Source: Promethearchaeota archaeon (GTDB lineage: Archaea; Asgardarchaeota; Lokiarchaeia; Sigyniarchaeales; SOKP01). From it: a stretch of DNA of 64,000 nucleotides. Under the pieces are notes generated by a model, which was given only the letters and a program-made list of their open reading frames with translations, had not been told where the DNA came from and did not search any database. The position numbers were made by a program, and so were the translations under genes. The DNA is taken from NCBI GenBank assembly GCA_048940445.1, contig JBHLON010000019.1, positions 1 to 64,000 of the forward strand, read 5' to 3'. Of this stretch, positions 21,330-30,765 are shown piece by piece (position 1 is the stretch's first letter; each line of letters opens with the position of its first letter).

Positions 21330-21719
21330 ATGCCAAAAATGAAAAAAAAACAAACTAAGAAAGGGAGGAGGACATATGGACCAAATCCACAACCTGAAGT
21401 TAAACGTGTGAAAATGCCATTTAGGAAAAATGGGGAAATGTTTGGTAGAGTTACCGATATTTATGGACAAGAACGTATGGGAGTTTATTGTGAGGATGGA
21501 AAACATCGTTTAGGACGGATACGAGGAAAGATAAAAAAAAGAGTCTGGATAAGGAAGGGTGATTTAGTGATAATTAATCCTTGGAAATTTGAAACAGAAA
21601 TTGAAGGTCAAAGTGAAAAGTGTGAAATCTTTTGGAGATATTTAAAACATGAAGTTTCTTGGCTGCAGCGAAAGGATTTGATACCAGAAAATCTTGATAT
21701 AAACAGGATTCCCCTTTAA
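21330..21719 (+). CDS. eif1a: Translation initiation factor aIF-1A
   Basis: C.DGK.RLGRIRGKIKKRVWIRKGDLVII.PW and WRY motifs. Confidence 0.95.
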   Translation: MPKMKKKQTKKGRRTYGPNPQPEVKRVKMPFRKNGEMFGRVTDIYGQERMGVYCEDGKHRLGRIRGKIKKRVWIRKGDLVIINPWKFETEIEGQSEKCEIFWRYLKHEVSWLQRKDLIPENLDINRIPL

Positions 21720-21885
21720 TTTTTTTGTTATTTTTAAGCCCTCAGAAATTGATTTATACAGGAGAAATCTCAGTTTATATAAAAAATTAAAAAAATAAAT
21801 AATTAAAAAAAAGATAGGGTTCGATAACTCGTAAAAAGAGATATTTACTCCTTCCTATTTATTATTATCTGTTGTTGATTTATAA

Positions 21886-22182
21886 CTAAAAACGAGATTT
21901 TCTACCGCCTCGACCACCACGATTTCCACCTTTTTTAAATGAACTAGGTTGGCGAGGTGCCTTTTCAGTAACCACAACATTACTTGCTTGTGGTCCTTTT
22001 TGACCTTCTGTAACTTCAAACTCGACTTTATCATTTTCATTTAATGTTTTGTATTCATTTTCTTCACCTACCAAAGCAGAAAAATGAACGAACACATCAT
22101 TACCTTCTTCAGAAGTTATAAATCCATAGCCTTTCCGGCCATTAAACCATTTTACTGTTCCGTGTACCAATTTTAAAACCAA
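21886..22182 (-). CDS. csp: Cold-shock domain protein with RGG tail
   Basis: GTVKWFN, RNP1 KGYGFI, RNP2 VFVHF, GQKGPQA; tail [10 protein letters not shown]. Confidence 0.95.
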   Translation of the reverse strand: MVLKLVHGTVKWFNGRKGYGFITSEEGNDVFVHFSALVGEENEYKTLNENDKVEFEVTEGQKGPQASNVVVTEKAPRQPSSFKKGGNRGGRGGRKSRF

Positions 22183-22414
22183 TTTTCTATTTTAAAAAAA
22201 TTCTTTTATCTCTAAAAGAATTAATTGTAAAAAAATATACATCACAAATAAGTTTTTTCTTTTTATGGATATCTAAGATTATCAAACTTAAATCCTAATG
22301 TTAATTAATATTTAGAATAAAAAAAAAGAATAAGGTTCTATAAAAATCGTATAATTTTTATTTTTTCCTTATGATAATTTGCTAATTTTTATAGATTCAT
22401 TGATTTTCTAAAAA

Positions 22415-22675
22415 CTAAATCCGAAAACCGCCTTTTCGAAGTTGTGGAGGAGCTTTTTCAGTAATAACAACATTACTTGCTTGAGGTCCTTTTTGACCCT
22501 GAACCACATCGAAAGTAACCTTATCTCCCTCATTAAGAGTAATATATTCATCATCTCTGCCAGCTAAAGCAGTGTAATGAACAAATATATCTTTTCCCTC
22601 TTCAGAGGTTATAAATCCATAGCCTTTTTTGTGATTATACCATTTTACAGTTCCATTTACCAACTTTAAAACCAA
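22415..22675 (-). CDS. csp: Cold-shock domain protein
   Basis: GTVKWYN, KGYGFI, IFVHY, GQKGPQA; TTG start at 22675 by analogy with the neighbouring paralog (the longer ORF from 22792 is likely over-extended). Confidence 0.9.
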   Translation of the reverse strand: MVLKLVNGTVKWYNHKKGYGFITSEEGKDIFVHYTALAGRDDEYITLNEGDKVTFDVVQGQKGPQASNVVITEKAPPQLRKGGFRI

Positions 22676-22916
22676 ATTTTTAATTTGTAAAATCTTTTTA
22701 AAACTAAATAGAAATAAGGTACACACATAATAAATCTTAACTTTTTTTAATTTTAGAAAAAATAAATCTTTCAAAGAATAAAAGAAATCCATTTTATTTT
22801 TAAAATAAGGAAAAAAATGATAAGTGTTGATAATAATCGTAAAAAGGGTTTTACTACTTATTACATACTACTTATATTAATTTGTTACTTTTTTAGATTT
22901 ATAATTATCCATAAAA

Positions 22917-23162
22917 CTAATAGAATCTATTATATGGATTACTTTGTTGAGGAGCCTTTTCAGTAACAACAACGTTACTGGCTTGAGGTCCTTTTTGACC
23001 TTCAACGACCTCGAATTCGACTTTATCATTTTCATTTAAAGTCTTAAATTCGTTATCGTCTCCAGTAATTGCAGAGAAATGAACGAACACATCATTTCCC
23101 TCTTCAGAGGTTATAAATCCATAGCCTTTACGGCTATTAAACCATTTTACAGTTCCTTGCAA
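22917..23162 (-). CDS. csp: Cold-shock domain protein
   Basis: [26 protein letters not shown]; TTG start. Confidence 0.95.
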   Translation of the reverse strand: MQGTVKWFNSRKGYGFITSEEGNDVFVHFSAITGDDNEFKTLNENDKVEFEVVEGQKGPQASNVVVTEKAPQQSNPYNRFY

Positions 23163-23424
23163 TTAAATTACCAAGTTTCTTATTTTATTCAAATATATTT
23201 AAGTTCAAAAAGAACTATTTTAAAGATGCATCAAAAGCAATTAAATTTTTGCTTTTTTTGGACAACAGAAACAAATCATTTATTTATTTCACCCTTTTCA
23301 TAATTCTATTGATGGAAAACATATTCGAATATTGCTTATGAAAAATTAATGAATTATTTAATCATATTTCTTTTCTCCTCATTTTAACTAAATACATTTA
23401 TTTCTTATTTGATTTCTATATTGT

Positions 23425-24336
23425 ATGGATGAAATTGATCTCAAGATTATTTTACTTTTATTTAATAATTCAAGATTAACATACAGAGAGATTTCTGACT
23501 ATTTAGGCCTGTCTGTTAATGCAATTTATAAAAGAATACAAAGTCTTACGGACTTAAATATAATCGAAAAGTTTACAGCAAGTTTGAAACCATACGCGAT
23601 CAACGCAATCTATTGTTTTATCTTTGGGCAAAGTGAAGCTCAAGATTTGGGCAATCTAATTTCTGAATTAGGAACGCATGAAAATACCTGGCAGATAATC
23701 TTATCTAGCAGAAATTATTTATATATTGGTGCAATATTGGAAAGTATCCATCAACTGGATGATTATTCCTCATTTATATCTCAAACGGCTCATATTCAAT
23801 CTCCAGAAATTGGATTACTTTCTGGTGTGCAATATAATGCTCCTGTGCCTTATATTGTTCCAAAATCAAGATCTATGAATTATGACAAACTAGATTTAGA
23901 AATAATTCGATCATTGAATAAAGATTCCCGAAAACCTATCTCAGAGATAGCTGACGATCTTAATAGTACCTCAAATACAATTCGTCGCCGCTTGACTAGA
24001 CTAGTTCAAGAAGGGATTATTGAATTGTCGATTAATTTTAATCCTGAAGGTTCCAACGATATATTTGCTCTATTTCAAATTACTGTAAATCCTTCAATTA
24101 ATAAAAGCGAGTTTGCAAAGCATTTGAATAATATATATGAACCCAACCTCTTTTACTGTTGGACATTTAGTAATTTACCAAATCTAATTGTTTGTTGGGT
24201 GTGGTCTAATAATATGAAAGAGTTAACAGATTTGGTTGAGAATATAAAAAAAGAAAAGATAGATTCAATTGTTGTTGACATTATGTATAAGGTCTTTTAT
24301 TATGAAACTTGGAAAGAAAAACTGTTATATAAATAA
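23425..24336 (+). CDS. Tandem Lrp/AsnC-family transcriptional regulator
   Basis: Two AsnC HTH units (MDEIDLKII..NSRLTY; DKLDLEII..DSRKPISEIA). Confidence 0.9.
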   Translation: MDEIDLKIILLLFNNSRLTYREISDYLGLSVNAIYKRIQSLTDLNIIEKFTASLKPYAINAIYCFIFGQSEAQDLGNLISELGTHENTWQIILSSRNYLYIGAILESIHQLDDYSSFISQTAHIQSPEIGLLSGVQYNAPVPYIVPKSRSMNYDKLDLEIIRSLNKDSRKPISEIADDLNSTSNTIRRRLTRLVQEGIIELSINFNPEGSNDIFALFQITVNPSINKSEFAKHLNNIYEPNLFYCWTFSNLPNLIVCWVWSNNMKELTDLVENIKKEKIDSIVVDIMYKVFYYETWKEKLLYK

Positions 24337-24363
24337 GAATTTTAAGAATAGATTTATCTATTA

Positions 24364-24813
24364 TTACCTTATTATATCAGCAATACATAGACCAATTTGC
24401 ACTATTCTACGGGAATTAGAGTCTTCTAGAGGGTTCTCTTCATCTTGAACTATACAAGAGATAATCGGATGAATGAGTCTGAGTCCCTTTTTTTTCAAAT
24501 CTCTTCTTATTCTTTTGGCTACTTGACCTGCTAATGTATTACTTGTTATCACCTCAAATACAAAACCTATCTTGTTCCTTAAATTGTAATATTTAAATTT
24601 TGATAAGAGTATTTTCAATTGTTTAGAACAAAATAAACGGTTTGAAACGCCAATTCCAATAACATCATAATTACTCAACTCTTCTATATCTAAGTCTTGA
24701 ACAGAAATGCAATCTACATATACATTTCCTTCCTCTAATCCACGAGTTAGCAGCATCGCTACTTTTTTCGTATAGCTATGGACAGAATCATATAAAACTA
24801 CTACCTTTTTCAT
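24364..24813 (-). CDS. Flavodoxin-like protein
   Basis: VVVLYDSVHSYTKKVA, YDVIGIG. Confidence 0.75.
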   Translation of the reverse strand: MKKVVVLYDSVHSYTKKVAMLLTRGLEEGNVYVDCISVQDLDIEELSNYDVIGIGVSNRLFCSKQLKILLSKFKYYNLRNKIGFVFEVITSNTLAGQVAKRIRRDLKKKGLRLIHPIISCIVQDEENPLEDSNSRRIVQIGLCIADIIR

Positions 24814-25010
24814 ACCTGTCCTTCACTTTTTAACATTTGGACCATTTCATAGTTTTTTCGATAAAATAATTTTGTTAGAAAACCATGCTTTCGCTTACAA
24901 AAAGGTAAATTATTTGCATTAGAATGATAATTGCTACATTCTTCACAATTTCCATGATTTTTGCATGCATTCTTGGGACACGGACAAATTAGATTAACTT
25001 CTATCACCAC
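24810..25010 (-). CDS. Small Cys/His-rich putative metal-binding protein
   Basis: CPCPKNACKNHGNCEECSNYH...PFC; ATGA overlap with the flavodoxin gene. Confidence 0.7.
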   Translation of the reverse strand: MVIEVNLICPCPKNACKNHGNCEECSNYHSNANNLPFCKRKHGFLTKLFYRKNYEMVQMLKSEGQV

Positions 25011-25287
25011 ATTTATGTTTAATCTATGTAAGGAATGCTAATAGATATAATTCTAAGTTAGATCGTAAATAAAAAGAATAACCTCTTTCAATACTAATTT
25101 TTGTTAAAAATTTAACTAAATGGGAGACAAATATGATATGCAACTCAATTTTTATGAGCTCTATAAAATAAAAAAATTCTATTTCCACAACATATTTTTA
25201 TTGATTTATTTAATTCTTGTCGTACACGGAATTAAATGATAACAAATGTGTATAATAAATTGACTCAAAAAAATTGGGTGAATTAAT

Positions 25288-25578
25288 TTGCAGATTCAAG
25301 AAAATAGGATAATAGGTAACATTCAAAAAGTGTTTAAAGCGATAATGCTGGGATTCTACTTGATACTTTTAATTGGATTAATAGCAAGTGGTATTTCTAT
25401 GGGTATTATAACTATGATGCCTGATGAAGCAAGTAAGTCATGCTTTTTAGGATATTATGCACATTGTTCTTTCACACCTTTTAGTACATTAATCTTATTT
25501 ACATTGGCTATAATAGGTTTAATCTTATTGATAAGACTAATAAATCATTATAAAGGAAGGATTCCAAGAAAAAATTAA
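25288..25578 (+). CDS. Small two-TM membrane protein
   Basis: Two hydrophobic helices flanking ASKSCFLGYYAHCSFTPFST. Confidence 0.65.
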   Translation: MQIQENRIIGNIQKVFKAIMLGFYLILLIGLIASGISMGIITMMPDEASKSCFLGYYAHCSFTPFSTLILFTLAIIGLILLIRLINHYKGRIPRKN

Positions 25579-25613
25579 TCAAAATTTTTTTTAATTTTAT
25601 AAGTTATTTAAAA

Positions 25614-25958
25614 CTAAGTTAACACTTGCCGTGCCTTATTTCTTCTTTCTTCATGAAATATTTGTAACTTTTTTTGCATTTCACTAAATTGATCATTATT
25701 AATTGGAAAAAAAGCAAAAATGAGAACTGCACAGAAGCCTCCTAAAACCGGTACTAATGAAACTAAAATTTTCAGACCAGCAATAGCGGATCCAGGTTGC
25801 TTTAATGGGTTTTCTATATCTGGATCAAAACCAGTGACTTCTTGTACAATAATTAAGGTTATCCCAGAAAGAACAAGGGAAAGCCTCGCGATCAAAGCTA
25901 ATATGCCATTATTTGTAGCTTCTCTACATTTTCCAATTTTTAATTTTTTAGTACTCAA
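25614..25958 (-). pseudogene. C-terminal fragment of a GPH/MelB-type MFS transporter
   Basis: GKCREA..NGIL.LIARLS, TGFDP...Q..SAI.GL and the last two TMs only. Confidence 0.7.
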
Positions 25959-27214
25959 ATTTTTGAATTATTATTATATTGTTCTATAGCTTCAAACATA
26001 GCCACAATATTTTGAGGTGGGACATCAGGTAATATGTTATGAACTGTATTCCAAACATAACCTCCACCAGGACTAAAGATTTCTAACAGTTCTAGAATGT
26101 GGGCTTTAACTTCATCAGGAGTTTTACGATTTATGACATTGCGAGTATCCGCTCCACCTCCCCAAAAAGTAATGTCATCTCCGAAATTCTCTTTTAAAAA
26201 TTTTGGATCCATATCACGTGCATTAATTTGCACAGGATTAAGGATATCTATCCCAGTTTCAATCAAATCTGGAAGGATTTGAGTTATTGAACCGCATGAA
26301 TGGAACATAATTTTCATTGAACTATGCGTTTTAATAAAATCACATATCTCACTATGTCGAGGTTTAAACATTTTACGATAAATCTGAGGGCTAAAAAAGG
26401 GTCCATTATTTTCACCAAGATCATCTCCAATTCGAATTATATCCATAACGTCTCCAACATAACCACAAATCACTTTTAATGAATTAAGAGAAAATTCCTG
26501 TATATAGTCTAGCAATTTTTCAACTTTAGAAGGATTTCTTCGAATGTCAATAAGATGTTTATCCATACGTAAGAAGCTATTTCCAAATTCAAAACTAGTA
26601 CTTCCATAATTAAGTACGATAGCTTTTTTAGATTGTTCTTTCAATGTAATGGTATTTTGTCTTAACCTCTTCCAAAACTTTTTTTCTCCAATATTACTAA
26701 ATGGTGGTGTTGGAAAAGCTGTCCATGGACTTTTACTGAGTACTTTCTGAAAATCTTTGTAACTATCTGGATATTTCTCTAAACATGGGTAATAGGTTTG
26801 ATCAAAAACTAATGCATCTTTGGTCATTCTTGAAAAAATTGTTCCATCACGATGAAGAACATCATATGAATCATCAGCATTATGACGTGGCTGAAACCAT
26901 TTAGGCCATTGCATATCTATCCCATTTACATGTATATCATACCAATCTTCATCTTTTGTGTTAAATGTTCTCCCAATATCTAACGCATCAACATTAAAGC
27001 GTTCAAGGATGAAATCTTCTGGTTGAGCTAATTGTTGAGAAAGATCGTAGACTCTCGTGTGACCTCTAGTATAGCCTAAATACTTTTTCAAATTATGATA
27101 AGCAATAGCTGATATCCCAGTACAAGGAGTTGATCCCAAATCTACTGGTACTCTATCAGGTTCTTTATGATTTATAGTCTCGAGAATTCTTTGGATTGAA
27201 TCCATATAAATCAC
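25955..27214 (-). CDS. Uroporphyrinogen decarboxylase family (MtaA/CmuA-like methyltransferase)
   Basis: EPDRVP, GDDLG, FHSCG, LNPVQ, FWGG, GGYVWNTVHNI. Confidence 0.88.
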   Translation of the reverse strand: MIYMDSIQRILETINHKEPDRVPVDLGSTPCTGISAIAYHNLKKYLGYTRGHTRVYDLSQQLAQPEDFILERFNVDALDIGRTFNTKDEDWYDIHVNGIDMQWPKWFQPRHNADDSYDVLHRDGTIFSRMTKDALVFDQTYYPCLEKYPDSYKDFQKVLSKSPWTAFPTPPFSNIGEKKFWKRLRQNTITLKEQSKKAIVLNYGSTSFEFGNSFLRMDKHLIDIRRNPSKVEKLLDYIQEFSLNSLKVICGYVGDVMDIIRIGDDLGENNGPFFSPQIYRKMFKPRHSEICDFIKTHSSMKIMFHSCGSITQILPDLIETGIDILNPVQINARDMDPKFLKENFGDDITFWGGGADTRNVINRKTPDEVKAHILELLEIFSPGGGYVWNTVHNILPDVPPQNIVAMFEAIEQYNNNSKI

Positions 27215-27325
27215 ATCAATTTTTTAATTTATATTTAATTTCAAGAATCTTATATATAGATCCTACTTTACTATATTTTAAGATTAGTAACTGAAACTTA
27301 TTTAATAAAATTATATCACACAAAA

Positions 27326-27649
27326 ATGGAAAAGAATAACACATCGAAATTAACCAAGGAAGAATTAAGAGAATTCTATGAAAAAACTAAAAATTTAGAC
27401 AAAAAGCTCGATCATGGACGCGCATATAGAACTCTTACTAATCCAATTAGAAGAAATATTCTTAATTTTATAGGGTATAGTATTAAAAACAGTGAACAAA
27501 TCAAAAAAGAATTTCAACTGGACGATTCACAATTAAATTATCATCTTAATATGTTAAAACAAACCTTTTATATTTTAGATTCAAATGAAGGTTGGAAGCT
27601 AACTCCTCGCGGAATTGGATTCCTAGAGAATGCAAAATTATCTGATTAA
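27326..27649 (+). CDS. Winged-helix (ArsR-like) regulator
   Basis: LTNPIRRNIL...LNYHLNML...WKLTPRG. Confidence 0.75.
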   Translation: MEKNNTSKLTKEELREFYEKTKNLDKKLDHGRAYRTLTNPIRRNILNFIGYSIKNSEQIKKEFQLDDSQLNYHLNMLKQTFYILDSNEGWKLTPRGIGFLENAKLSD

Positions 27650-27658
27650 ATAATAGCA

Positions 27659-28813
27659 TTAAATGTTTAATGGGTATTTACCAAACTTGTGTGCTGCTTC
27701 AATCATCCATTTTAATCTTTCAACAGATATAGCTGGATGAAAGTTTGCAGGAGATAACATATAACCTCCATCATGACCAAGCGCTTTAATAGCAGATCTC
27801 ACATCTTCCTCGACCTCTTGTTTAGTAGCTTTAACTAAAGTATACCTTGTATCTATGTTTCCCGAAAGGCATATCTTATCTCCAACTTTTTTTTTTACTA
27901 AATATGGATCTACAATAGGGGGTTCTAAGCATTGTAAGCCATCAAAACCAGATTCAACAATAAAATCTAAAAGACTTGTAATATCTCCGTCTGTGTGTAA
28001 AATGTATTTACCTCCCCATTCATGAATTGTATCAGAGACTTCTTGAAAGCATGGCAATAGGTATTTGTAGAAATATTTTGGATTTATCATTGGACCTTGG
28101 CTATGAGCAATATCTCCTCCCTCCAGGAATATCTTAGCACCGCAATCATAATAAGCTTTAAAAATTGTTAGCACAAAATTAGTATTAAATCGAAATCTTT
28201 CTTCAATTAACTTTGGATCGTTTTTTAACGCGCGGACAAAATAATTCATTCCCATTCCCTGCCACACAGGTGGAAAAATAGAAGTAAGGGCATTTTGAGC
28301 TATTACACAAATATCATCTTTAATGTCTCGACACTTCCTCAATACTCCTTTATAAAATTTTTTAGCTCGATTATACTCTTCCTTCAAATCTGGTTTAGGA
28401 TAAGCTTCCCAATCTTTCCTATTCTTAATATACCCTCCATAATAATCAGGATACGGATTTCCATCAACATTTTTAATTTTATGTCGCTTTCCGAAAATAT
28501 CTGTCATTTCAGTTTTACTTTCTATAATGAAGGGAATATAATGGATACCGACTCCATCGAATCCCAATTTGTAAGCTGCTCTAACACATTTCGCAAAAAC
28601 TGATATTTCAATATCATCAAGGATGAGATTTATTTTATTCAGCCATTCATCTCCATATTCTTTTTCCATTTCATCAAAAACATCAAAAGCTGTTTTTTCA
28701 GGCCTACCAATCACTTGATCTGCTACATTACCATCAAATTGGATTGTGTGAGTTGGGATTCTGTCTGGTTCTTCTAGGTTTAAAGCACTCCAAATACGTT
28801 CAAAACAATTCAT
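27659..28813 (-). CDS. Uroporphyrinogen decarboxylase family protein
   Basis: EEPDRIP, GGDIA, LHTDG, LQCLEP, GNID, GGYMLSPANFH. Confidence 0.88.
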   Translation of the reverse strand: MNCFERIWSALNLEEPDRIPTHTIQFDGNVADQVIGRPEKTAFDVFDEMEKEYGDEWLNKINLILDDIEISVFAKCVRAAYKLGFDGVGIHYIPFIIESKTEMTDIFGKRHKIKNVDGNPYPDYYGGYIKNRKDWEAYPKPDLKEEYNRAKKFYKGVLRKCRDIKDDICVIAQNALTSIFPPVWQGMGMNYFVRALKNDPKLIEERFRFNTNFVLTIFKAYYDCGAKIFLEGGDIAHSQGPMINPKYFYKYLLPCFQEVSDTIHEWGGKYILHTDGDITSLLDFIVESGFDGLQCLEPPIVDPYLVKKKVGDKICLSGNIDTRYTLVKATKQEVEEDVRSAIKALGHDGGYMLSPANFHPAISVERLKWMIEAAHKFGKYPLNI

Positions 28814-28905
28814 AACGAGGAATCAATAATCTCAAAATAATAGTAATATATATTATTAATACACTGAAATAAATTTTAAGAAAAATAATTTTTTAACTAA
28901 TTGAT

Positions 28906-29667
28906 GTGAAAATTGAAGAGGACTTGGTGAAGATAAAAAAATTTTTAAATCGCCAATTTCAAAATGAAAAGAAAATAAAAATTTTTCAGAAAAGAGAAGA
29001 TCCTCAAAATTATTTTAAACAAATAAAGCTTGGAGTCAATTTAGAAGAATTTAAAGATATAATTCTTCAAGAAGAAACAAGTCTAGAATTAGGAGGTCCT
29101 AAGAAAAAGTCTTTTTCTCTTATTTATCCATTCAAGGATTTTAATTTCTTGGATGATGGAAAAATAGTTATAGTAGGACCAGAAACTAAAGAACTCTCAG
29201 AAAAAGCTATAGACTTTGGAATTATAATATTAATTGGTGTAAATTCTGTTTCAGAAAAAATTTTTGATCAATTCAGAAATATTGCGTTTATTTCAAACGG
29301 AATTGAAGGTTTTATGATACGGACAATTCCGCGGAAATTTTGGTGTCGTATTAGTAATAATGTGATTAATAAAATCTCCTTTGAACTCTTAGCAAATGCA
29401 ATTTTATATCTTTATAATGCTAGGTTTGGAAATTTTATAAAAGCTATAGAAATAATATTGATAAGTTCAGAATTAGATATTATAGATTCTTTGATTGATA
29501 TGACATCTTCCATTCAAGATGTGTTTAACCTAAAATGGAAGGAAAAAGTCAATGAATGGAAAAGAAGAATAGATTGTAATTTTAATTGGGAATGTGCAGA
29601 ATGTCCCTATTATGATTTGTGCGAAAATATCAAGGAAGTTTTAAAAAAGAGAGAGGTGTTAGATTAA
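28906..29667 (+). CDS. CdhC/AcsB-like domain protein (short, lacks the A-cluster region)
   Basis: ET.LELGGP..SF, DGKIVIVGPE, IEGFMIR..WCRIS; C-terminal C-x5-CxxC-x5-C. Confidence 0.7.
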   Translation: MKIEEDLVKIKKFLNRQFQNEKKIKIFQKREDPQNYFKQIKLGVNLEEFKDIILQEETSLELGGPKKKSFSLIYPFKDFNFLDDGKIVIVGPETKELSEKAIDFGIIILIGVNSVSEKIFDQFRNIAFISNGIEGFMIRTIPRKFWCRISNNVINKISFELLANAILYLYNARFGNFIKAIEIILISSELDIIDSLIDMTSSIQDVFNLKWKEKVNEWKRRIDCNFNWECAECPYYDLCENIKEVLKKREVLD

Positions 29668-30440
29668 TAGAAAATCTTGTCAGACCTATTAAGGTAGCTA
29701 TTGTAGGTAAGGGAGGAGTAGGGAAAACCGTAATAGTAGTTCTGCTCGCGAAAGTTATTTCAAAAGATTACAATTATAAGCTATTATTAATAGATGCAGA
29801 TCCTACTCATCCACACTTATGTAACATGCTAAAAATCAAACCTAAAAAGACTCTCGAAGAATTAAGGCTGGATGCCATTAAAAACGCCCATATCGCGAAA
29901 CAAAATCCTCAAAAACTAGCTGAAAAGATTGATTTTGATATATATGAAGGAATGGCTGAAAGTAAAGATTTTTGTATTTTTTCAATGGGTCAACCAGAGG
30001 GCCCTGGATGTTTTTGCCCTTCAAACATTCTATTAAGAAGAGTAATAGAATCAATTTCTCAAGATTTTGATCTTATTTTAATAGATGCAGAAGCTGGACT
30101 TGAGCAAATTAATCGAAAAGTTTTTGCATCTATTGATATTCTTCTAATAATAACTGACTCATCACTTAGAAGTTTGGAAACAGCAAACTCAATTAAAAAC
30201 CATGCTAAAAAGTTTACAAATTACAAAAGGATAGGTGTAATAATAAATAAAGCAAATGAAAATATAGAATTTCTGGTTGAAAAGCTTAAGGAATTAAATC
30301 TTCCATTAATAGGGACTATTCCCGTGGATAATATTGTCAGTGAATTTGATTTACATGGAAATCCTCTTATTGATTTACCAGATAATTCTAAAAGCCTGAA
30401 AAGTATAAGAATCTTGATAAAAGATATTCTTCCTTTTTAA
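29619..30440 (+). CDS. cooC: CooC/AcsF-type nickel-insertion ATPase
   Basis: GKGGVGKT, IDADP, GPGCFCP, DAEAGLEQ; the true start may be near 29667. Confidence 0.88.
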   Translation: MRKYQGSFKKERGVRLIENLVRPIKVAIVGKGGVGKTVIVVLLAKVISKDYNYKLLLIDADPTHPHLCNMLKIKPKKTLEELRLDAIKNAHIAKQNPQKLAEKIDFDIYEGMAESKDFCIFSMGQPEGPGCFCPSNILLRRVIESISQDFDLILIDAEAGLEQINRKVFASIDILLIITDSSLRSLETANSIKNHAKKFTNYKRIGVIINKANENIEFLVEKLKELNLPLIGTIPVDNIVSEFDLHGNPLIDLPDNSKSLKSIRILIKDILPF

Positions 30441-30545
30441 AACAATTTAATACTTTAGGTTAATTTATTAACAATTTCACTTGCCCATGAGACTAATCCT
30501 TCTTTCAATTCGTTAGGATTAATATTTAATGATTTGATGAAAAAA

Positions 30546-30556
30546 TTTTTATATTA
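30546..30556 (+). promoter_or_regulatory. Putative TATA box of the leader-leuS transcript
   Basis: TTTTTATATTA after a purine-rich stretch, about 25 nt upstream of ATG 30577. Confidence 0.5.
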
Positions 30557-30576
30557 AAACACATGATTACTATATA

Positions 30577-30675
30577 ATGATTTCAAATAACACTGCTTCA
30601 TATTCATCTGTAACAGAAGAATTTTATTTAGATGATTTGCTTGCTGTGTTATTGTTATTACTAGAAGCGGAATAA
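30577..30675 (+). CDS. Putative Leu-rich leader peptide of leuS (MISNNTASYSSVTEEFYLDDLLAVLLLLLEAE)
   Basis: 32 codons with 8 Leu, including TTA TTG TTA TTA CTA at 30649-30663; ends 131 nt before the leuS ATG. Confidence 0.75.
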   Translation: MISNNTASYSSVTEEFYLDDLLAVLLLLLEAE

Positions 30676-30765
30676 GTCTGCTTAATCTTTTTCTTTTAAT
30701 TTTTCGGCGGATTATTTCGCGTGGAGTGAACTTTACTTGAAAGAGATCACAGGCGGGCTTTTTCT
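30665..30765 (+). promoter_or_regulatory. Putative attenuator with alternative RNA stems and a U-tract
   Basis: 30665-30671 pairs with 30677-30683; 30667-30682 pairs with 30706-30720; 30674-30683 pairs with 30751-30760; U-rich 30686-30704. Confidence 0.6.

Noticed and set aside
22676-22792. N-terminal extension of the middle Csp
   Set aside because: AT-rich, non-homologous sequence; paralog alignment places the start at about 22675
30455-30553. Short minus-strand open frame (..NPNELKEGLVSWASEIVNKLT*)
   Set aside because: No convincing start and no recognisable family
30632-30664. Alternative-frame mini ORF MICLLCYCYY*
   Set aside because: An out-of-frame reading of the Leu-codon run, with no link to the downstream gene
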